64,000 nt of DNA from Neocallimastix sp. 'constans' (lineage: Eukaryota). The DNA lies in assembly GCA_050613775.1 (NCBI GenBank), contig JBODTK010000112.1:186001-250000 (forward strand), read 5' to 3'. Below are positions 50,981-64,000 of the stretch, piece by piece. Below the pieces are notes generated by a model. It saw nothing but the letters and a program-made list of their open reading frames with translations. It did no database searches and had not been told where the DNA came from. The translations under genes were made by a program, and so were the position numbers. Positions within the stretch are counted from its first letter, which is position 1. Each line of letters opens with the position of its first letter.

Positions 50981-51518
50981 AATGAGTTGAATTTTTTTTT
51001 TTTTTTAATGTAATTTTACCTTAACCTTTTTTTTTTTTTTTTTTTTTTTTTTTGCAAAAAACTTTCTCTCCAAATTCATTTCATGATTGGTTGACTCATA
51101 CTCATTCTTTGAGATTTTTTTTTTTTTAGTAATTTGGAGTTTTTGGTTCTTAAGTTTTGGATTTTGAATTTTGGGAAGTAAGATGTTTTCTATTAATAAA
51201 TATCTAAGAATGCTGTTATTGTGGAGTCTTAACAACAATCTACATAAAAATAGATTCTACTTCATGGTTCATTAAGGACATTGACTACTTTAAGAGCATT
51301 CTTAATCATGTTAACTCCATTTAAATGGCTAAAATGGCTCTTTTTAATGGAACATCTGTTTGATAACCGAAAGATAAACTTCTACTTCATTCTCTCCATT
51401 AAGTCAACCTGTCATATGTAAAGTGATGATTGATGAAGTTGTATTGGGATCAACGTCATATATACCTCTATTGACGCAATCTCCTAACTAAGTATTCTTC
51501 AACCTTAGTGAAAAGTCT

Positions 51519-51557
<39 letters not shown>

Positions 51558-51886
51558 CAACTCATATATATACAACTTCATCTATCATCACTTTATATAT
51601 GACAGGTTGACTTGATGGAGAGAATGAAGTTGAAGTTTATCTTTCGGTTATTAAACAGATGTTCCATTAAAAAGAGCCATTTTTAGCCATTTAAATGGAG
51701 TTAACATGGTTAAGAATGCTCTTAAAGTAGTTAATGTCCCTAATGAACCATGAAGTAGAATCCATTTTTATGTAGATTATTGTTAAGACTCCACAATAAC
51801 AGCATTCTTAGATATTTATTAATTGAAAACATCTTACTTCCCAAAAATTCAAAATCCAAAACTTAAGAACCAAAAACTCCAAATTA

Positions 51887-51920
<34 letters not shown>

Positions 51921-52018
51921 CAATGAATGAGTATGAGTTAACCAATCATGAAATGAATTTGGAGAGAAAGTTTTTTGCAAAAAAAAAAAAAAAAAAAAAA
52001 AATTCAAGTTAACTCATT
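50981..52018. repeat. Long inverted repeat: arms about 50981-51444 and 51570-52018, ~125-bp spacer; third partial copy 52170-52225
   Basis: For example GCAAAAAACTTTCTCTCCAAATTCATTTCATGATTGGTTGACTCATACTC (from 51054) vs GAGTATGAGTTAACCAATCATGAAATGAATTTGGAGAGAAAGTTTTTTGC (to 51978). Complementarity continues along the arms with scattered mismatches. Confidence 0.95.
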
Positions 52019-52429
52019 GAAGCTGAAATAGTCTACTCAAATGACTAAATTTCATATGGCTATGACACTCAACTGATATTTTTTTTTGTTATTTTATTTT
52101 ATTTTATTTTATTTTTATTTTTTGTTATTTTATTTTATTTTTTATTTATTTAATTTTTTTTTTTTTAAGTAAAAACTTTCTCCAAATTCTTTTCATGGTT
52201 GGTTGACTCATACTTTATTCATTGATATGATTTTCTTTTTTTTTTTTTTTTTTTGAAAAGTCGAACCGGAAATACCTAGAAAAAAAAAAAGCTACCCAAA
52301 TTGTTTTTACTTTTTGTTTTTTAACTATTTAGGTTAGAAGTTAGGTTCGATTAAGGCAAAAAAGATGGTGATTTGGTCTACCATATATATATATATATAT
52401 TTATATATATGTATGTATTGCTATGGGCA

Positions 52430-53321
52430 TGCTGATGCTAGTGCCTATATTATTCTTAAACACCACCCTCTTATACAATTATTTTTTAAGACCCAGCTTC
52501 TGAACCCAACCAAAAATATAATATTGTTCTTTGGAACACTGGAAAAATGCTCTTTTCAATGAAACTTTTTAAGGACCTTTACTATCAAGGTATCTCTTGT
52601 TAAATCCCTCAGTAGTAGTGTTCAATACGAAATCTGATTGTTTTTATATAGCTCTTATGCTCATATATGCTCATAAAAAGAAAGGCAACTCTTTGACACT
52701 TATTTATTTATATCCGTTTATGTTCCTAATCATGAGCAAGGATGAAAGAAACTGGTAAGCAAGTTGAAAGTTGTTCCTGATTTTGAATTTAGACCAGCTA
52801 GTTTCATAAGGGACCCCACCGCCATTCCATATTTGAATGGATGTTGGGAAAATGCATGATAAGACTAATGAATTGGGAATTAACACGCCATGATCCAAAA
52901 ACTAATTTAACTGTTGATTTTTATTAAAAGATTGAAGGGAAGGAGATTTTCCCCAAAATTTAGAAAAATGATGATGATGATGATGATGATCGGGTTGACT
53001 TTCTTCAGACAAAGAAAGTCAATGGGGTCATCATCATTATATATCTATAGAACCGTTACTGACATGTTATTTGACTAAGTTTTATGTTTTAAAAAGACTC
53101 CAGCATAACGATGGTGCTATTCACACTCTTTTCTATTTTTTACCATTTCATCATTACTTCAAAAAATAAAAAAAAAAAAAAAGATCTCTATAGGGTAAGA
53201 AGAAGACAGGTTCATTCCATTCCAAGATGGTCGTAGTGTCGAATAACCATTTATACCAAAAAAAAAAAGGAGGTTGCAATATCAATGTATGATTGTAAAT
53301 TCTCTGGTGATGTTGCTTCTT

Positions 53322-53366
<45 letters not shown>

Positions 53367-53620
53367 AAAATTTAAATATGATTCCTATAGGTGTATGGAT
53401 GGTATTTTCATCCTCTCTTTTTTTTTTTTTTTTTTTTTTCATTGTCCCAAATACCATTAGAAAAAGTTTTTAAGAAGAAGATCAAGATCATCTTTAAGGT
53501 ATATTAAATGAATAATTCAAAAATATAAAGGTGGAGCATATCACCCTTAAATGTCAAGATTATAAAGGGATAAGTGAAACTCTTAGGCGATGCTATATGG
53601 ACTCGACTCCTCCAGAAAAA
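52430..53620 (-). pseudogene. Decayed coding-like tract of unknown origin
   Basis: More GC-rich than the flanks, with short minus-strand peptides (QIWNGGGVPYETSWSKFKIRNNFQLAYQF; EEATSPENLQSYIDIATS) broken by stops and homopolymers. Family not recognised. Confidence 0.35.
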
Positions 53621-53680
53621 AAAAATTATTCAAATTTTTACTATTCATGTTTTTTTAGTTACCCTGCATAACTTTAAATA

Positions 53681-53716
<36 letters not shown>

Positions 53717-55199
53717 CACAACCAAAAGAAGTCAAAACTGGTACTCTTCATGAGAAGATGTAAAAAATTTATTAAATAATAAATTTTTTTTTTTTTTTTT
53801 TTTTTTAATAATAAATAATATTGAACATATATAATAATAATTATATTTATTTAATAATTATTTATTAATATAGAAAATAATTTTATTATAATTTTTTTTT
53901 CACTACTTTGTATTTATTTATTTTTTTTTTTATATACAATATTTTAATTTAATTGATAATAAGTACTTAATAAAATTAAAAAAAATTGTAGGTTAACAAT
54001 GAACATTTTCATTTAATATGTTATATGATCTATATCAGTTGTCATTAGGTAATGCTAAAATAACTATTCTTTTTGTATAATTACTATAATTAAAATCTAT
54101 TAAATAATAAATAGAAAAAAATAAAAAAGGAAAAAAGAGTAATATAGTTTAATATATATATATAAAAAGAAAAGGTTCAAAATAATATTATAGCATGTAT
54201 TTTATACCATATTTTTTAATTTATTTTATAACATATATATAGCATTTATTTTGAATCTATAATAATAATAATAATTAAAAAGTAGTACTAATAAAAAAAA
54301 TAAATAAACAATAATTAATTTTATTTAATTTAATTTATTAATAATAAATCTTTTAACTTGATTTTTTTTTTTTTTTTAATTTATGTGACATTTAACTTTA
54401 GATTAATGGTTGATCATTTGAAAATCAATTTTAATATATATATAACTAATTTTTATTATTGAGGAGAAACCTTAAATAGTTATTTCCGAAAAATGAAAGT
54501 ATAAATAAAAAAAAAAAAAATTATTAATTTTTTATTTTAATTATTTAATTGGAAAGATTAATTATATAATTTTATAGGAAATTCTTGTGTTAACTTTATA
54601 ATTTTATTCCTTTTTATGTTATTTAACTATACCCTTCTATCTATAATGTACTTTATTATTTTTATTTCTTTTTATGTTATTTAACTATCTATAATGTACT
54701 TTATTATTATTTTTATTATCTTTTTTTTTTTTATTGTTTAATTATACTATTTTTTTTCTTTTTGTTGTGTGTGTTGCTTTATATTACTTAATTATGTATT
54801 ATTTTATTTAATTCTACTATATCTTGTTTTATTTTATTTTATTTTATTTTATTTTATTTTATTTTTCATTTTCATCTTATTTTTTTTTATTTTAATTATT
54901 TTTATTACTTATTTTAATTTTTATTGTTTTGCTTTATATTTTATATTTCTTTTTTGTACTATTTTTATTATTATCGTTATTTTTTTTTTTTTTTTTAATA
55001 TTTATATATAATAAATAATAATAATTAATAATTGATTAAATTCAATTATTAAATAATAATAAATTCCTAAATTCCTTTTTCTTTTTAAATAAATTTAATA
55101 ATTTATTATATTTTTATCTTTAAAAGTACTATTTAAATTATTACTTTATTTCTTATTTTAGTTATTGGTTAATTAATTATTTTTATTTTATTTTATTTT

Positions 55200-55500
55200 A
55201 TATTATTTTATTAATACTTTACTCTTTTATATTAATTCACTATCTATTTTATTTTATTTTATTAATACTTTACTCTTTTATATTAGTTCACTATCTATTT
55301 TATTTTATTTTATTAATACTTTACTCTTTTATATTAGTTCACTATCTATTTTATTTTATTAATACTTTACTCTTTTATATTAGTTCACTATCTATTTTAT
55401 TTTATTAATACTTTACTCTTTTATATTAGTTCACTATCTATTTTATTTTATTAATACTTTACTCTTTTATATTAGTTCATTATCTATTTTATTTTATCTT
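55200..55500 (-). repeat. Minisatellite, 6 units of 46-51 bp, related to the 15.5-17.9 kb array
   Basis: Units TTAATACTTTACTCTTTTATATTAGTTCACTATCTA + (TTTTA)2-3 start at 55211, 55262, 55313, 55359, 55405 and 55451. Confidence 0.93.
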
Positions 55501-55694
55501 ATTTTATTTTAAAAAAAGTGTTGATTTAATAAATATATTATTATTAAAATTATTATTATTATTATTAATTTTTTTTTTTTTTTTTTTTAAGATAATTAAA
55601 ATTGAATAAATAAAAAAAAATATTTTAACTGTTAATTTTTATCAAATGAATAGATCTTTTTTAAATATATATTTTTTGTAATTAATAATATATT

Positions 55695-55953
<259 letters not shown>

Positions 55954-56796
55954 TATCAAATATTTTTTTGTCATGACAGTTTTCATCTATAACAATTTTT
56001 AATTTACATAGATATAAACTTTATTTATTATTCAAACACAAAAATTTAATTAAACTTTATGATTTAAATATAAAAATTTTATAGTAGAAATAAACTATAT
56101 TAATTATTTAAATACAAAATTTTAATTAATTTAGTTAAAATCTTATTTATTATTTAAATTCAAAAAATTTAATTAATTTTTGTTAAAACTTTATTATTTA
56201 TATATTCATTAAAATTTATACAAAAAATAAAAAATAAAAAATATAAAATAAAAAAACTAAAAAGAAAAAGAAAAAGAAGAAGAAAAAATTATATAAAATT
56301 AAATATAAACTGTTTTATTTAATTTAATTTAATTTTTTTCTTTTTTCCAATCAATAATTATTTTAAAATAAATTTATTAAAACATTTCATTTTATTAAAT
56401 TTTTAAAGTTTGTATAAGAAATAGTATCAATTTTGATGAAAAATTTACCATTAATGCCAGAATTATTACAAATTAAAGTTTTATATGTTATATATTAATA
56501 ATTTAATTTAATATATTAACAAAAATTGGTTTAAATATATTGTATATAAGAAATTTAGAAAAAAAAGTAAAACTTTAATGAATAAAATAAATATAATATT
56601 TAAATTAATTTTTTTTTTAATTAATTAAAATATTAATTTATTTATAAATAATAAAGCTTGTAATAATTTTTTTAGTAGATTGGATAAAATTCATAATAAT
56701 AAAAGTTTCATCATTTCTTCATTTTTTACTAGTATAATATAGAAGAATAAAAAAACAAAAAAAAAAAGCAAAAAAAAAAAAAAACTGGATCATAGT

Positions 56797-61194
<4,398 letters not shown>

Positions 61195-62672
61195 CAAATT
61201 TTATATATATATATATATATATATTTTGTTTTCTTTTTACATTTCCAAAGTTTTTTATTTCTATTATAGATATTACTATTTATAATATTATTCTTCATCT
61301 GGAATGAACATATTTAAACAATAAATAAACATATATATATTTAAACAATTATATTCTTTTATATATAATTTTTAAATATTTTTAATAAAAAAAAAAAAAA
61401 AGTATTTAATATATAAAAATATAGTAATAAATATAAAATATTAAAATTGTATAATTATAGTATATTTTTTTTTATAATTATAAATTTTTTTTTTATATTA
61501 TATGTTATATTTTATTTTATTATATTTATTCTATATTAAAATTTTTTTTTAAAAAAAAATTCTCCCCAAAATATAATTTATATATCTATAGTTGTATATT
61601 TATATATATTTTTTTTTGATGTATTAATCTCTATATTTATTTCTATTATCATAAAATGAAAACTTGTTTATTTATTTATTATATATATTATTTTTTTTAT
61701 GAAATATTATTATATATTATATTTAAAGAATTATTATATATATATTTTGTATTATTTTGGTGAAATAAAAAAAATAATAATAAATAAATATTTTATTGAT
61801 TATTATTGATATGAATATGAAAATTATTTGAATTTTTTTTTTTTTTTTTTTTTGTTAAACAAAGGTTTCAAAAAAAAAATGCATTATTTGCATTATATAT
61901 ATATATATATAAATAATTATAAGTATATAAAAATATTTCTAGTTTTATTATTATTATTAAACAATAAAAAAAATTTTTTTTCCTTTTTTTACCATTCATC
62001 TTAAATTCTTGTTTATTTTTTTAAAATTTTGAACAAATAAATTAAAACAGAATAAATTATGGAAAATGAAAAATGGAAAATGGAATAATAAAAAAAAAAA
62101 GAAAAAAAAGAAAAAAAAATAGATAAAAGATATAAAGATATATAATTATATACATACAATAAATATTTTATAATATTAATGTATACTTTTATTAGTCATA
62201 TTGATTAATATTTATATCCACTCATCACATTGTTATTAATTTTGATTAAGTGAGAATGAAAATTGACTTAATTAAAAAATTATTCATTATTTAATTATTT
62301 AATTATTTTATTAATTAAATTAATTTTTAAATTTTTTTTTTTTTATTTATCTTTTATTTTTTAATCTATGGATGGACTTCTATTATATACAATTTCAATT
62401 ACTAATATATTATACTATAGTGCAATATATAATATTAAAACTATTTTTTTTAAATAAAATAAAATAAAATAAATAATTTATTTATTTATTTTGTTTAATT
62501 TGTTTAATTTGTACTACCCCAACTAAAGAAAAAAAAAAAGAAAAAAGAGAAGGAAGAAGAGAAAAGAGAGGATAGAATAATGAAAAATGAAAATTATATA
62601 GTATTTTTTAATATAAAATAATTTGATTAAAAAAAAAATATGATATATATATATTAAAATAATTTCATTTAC

Positions 62673-62703
<31 letters not shown>

Positions 62704-63805
62704 TATATTTAAATAATTTCATTTACAAAAAAAAAAAAAATATATATATATATATATATAAATATACTTTTTTTAAAAAGATAATATTTTATATTAATAA
62801 TAAATAATATGTGAGTATATATCATCAGTATCCTAAATAGAGATATTAATAAATAATAATTAATAAATTAATAAATAATGGAATAATAAATAATTAATAA
62901 TGGAATAATTATAAATAATAAATAATAAATAATAAATATAATAAATAAATAGATAAATAATAAATAAATAAATAGTTAAATAATTGAATAATAAATAATA
63001 AATATAATACATGTTACTAAATAAAAAACAATATAAAAAAAAAAAAAATAAAAATAATAAATAATTAATAAATTAATTAAAAAAAAAATAAATAAATAAA
63101 TAATAAATAATTAATAAATTAATTAGGAAACAATAATAAATAATTACATAAATTTAGTAATAAAATAAAGTAAAAAAGTTGAATGAACCATATATATTAT
63201 ATTAACAAAAAAAAAAAAAAAAAAAAAAAAATAGTCTTCTTCAACCCCAAAAGAACTCCTTTTTGTTTTAGCCAATATTTTTTCATCAATTCTTTATTGT
63301 TATTATTATTAACTTAATGTTATTTTAATTATAATTTTTATTTTATTATAATGAGAAAAATAATAAAAAATAATAGAAAATAATAAAAAAATAAAAATAA
63401 AAATGAAAATATAATAATAAATTTACATAATAATTAAATATATATATATATAATTTCAAATAATTAAAACCCATTCAAAATATAATATATTTAATCAATA
63501 GTTTTTTATTTTTTTTCTTTTCATTAATAAAAAAAATTCAATATAAAATAAATAAATAAATATTTAAAATAAATAAATAAATATTTAAAATAAATAAATA
63601 AATATTTAAAATAAATAAATAAATATTTAAAATAAATAAATAAATAAATAAATCAAAAATTGTGAATATCTTTCAAAGTTAATTGATAATAATAGATCTT
63701 AAATTAAAATATTAATTTCATCATTACTTTATTTATTTTATTTATTCTATTTAAGCTTACTTTTCATTTATTAATTTGTAATTGATTAAATTACTTTATA
63801 ATTAG

Positions 63806-63836
<31 letters not shown>

Positions 63837-64000
63837 TCTTTTTTTTTAATTTATTATTACAATTACCGTTATTATAATTATCTTATATGAAAAAAAAAAT
63901 TGAATAATTCATTTATAATTATATATTATAAATCTATCAATTTTTTATTTATTTTATTTTTTAATTTTTTTTTTTTTTATTTTCTATTTTAATGAAGTAA

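Noticed and set aside
52320..52350. Telomere-like TTAGG repeats
   Set aside because: Only two imperfect units, internal, not an array.
63236..63300. Short coding-like patch (minus: IDEKILAKTKRSSFGVEEDY); similar patch at 45365-45446
   Set aside because: Too short, no consistent splice partners and no recognisable family, so not supportable as genes.

Overview
Extremely AT-rich, intron-dense eukaryotic DNA full of homopolymer runs and microsatellites. Composition, intron density and fungal-type proteins suggest an anaerobic gut fungus (Neocallimastigomycota); this is inference, not verified. Six multi-exon genes can be spliced by hand: FANCD2 (+, 5' end outside the window), SPT20 (-), NAT3/NAA20 (-), UBA2 (-), a penta-EF-hand protein (-) and a short-chain dehydrogenase (-). 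Between them lie many non-LTR (LINE) retrotransposon copies: one young 5'-truncated copy with an open RT ORF and a 13-bp target-site duplication, one decayed near-full-length copy, and nested 3' fragments. There is also a decayed polyketide synthase remnant (KR + ACP), two long inverted repeats, and two related modular tandem arrays. The most notable signals are a clear AT-AC minor-spliceosome (U12-type) intron in FANCD2, the conserved-core/variable-(AAAAT)n array family, and 3' splice sites preceded by poly(A) instead of polypyrimidine tracts. Most ORFs in the supplied track are microsatellite artefacts or single exons.
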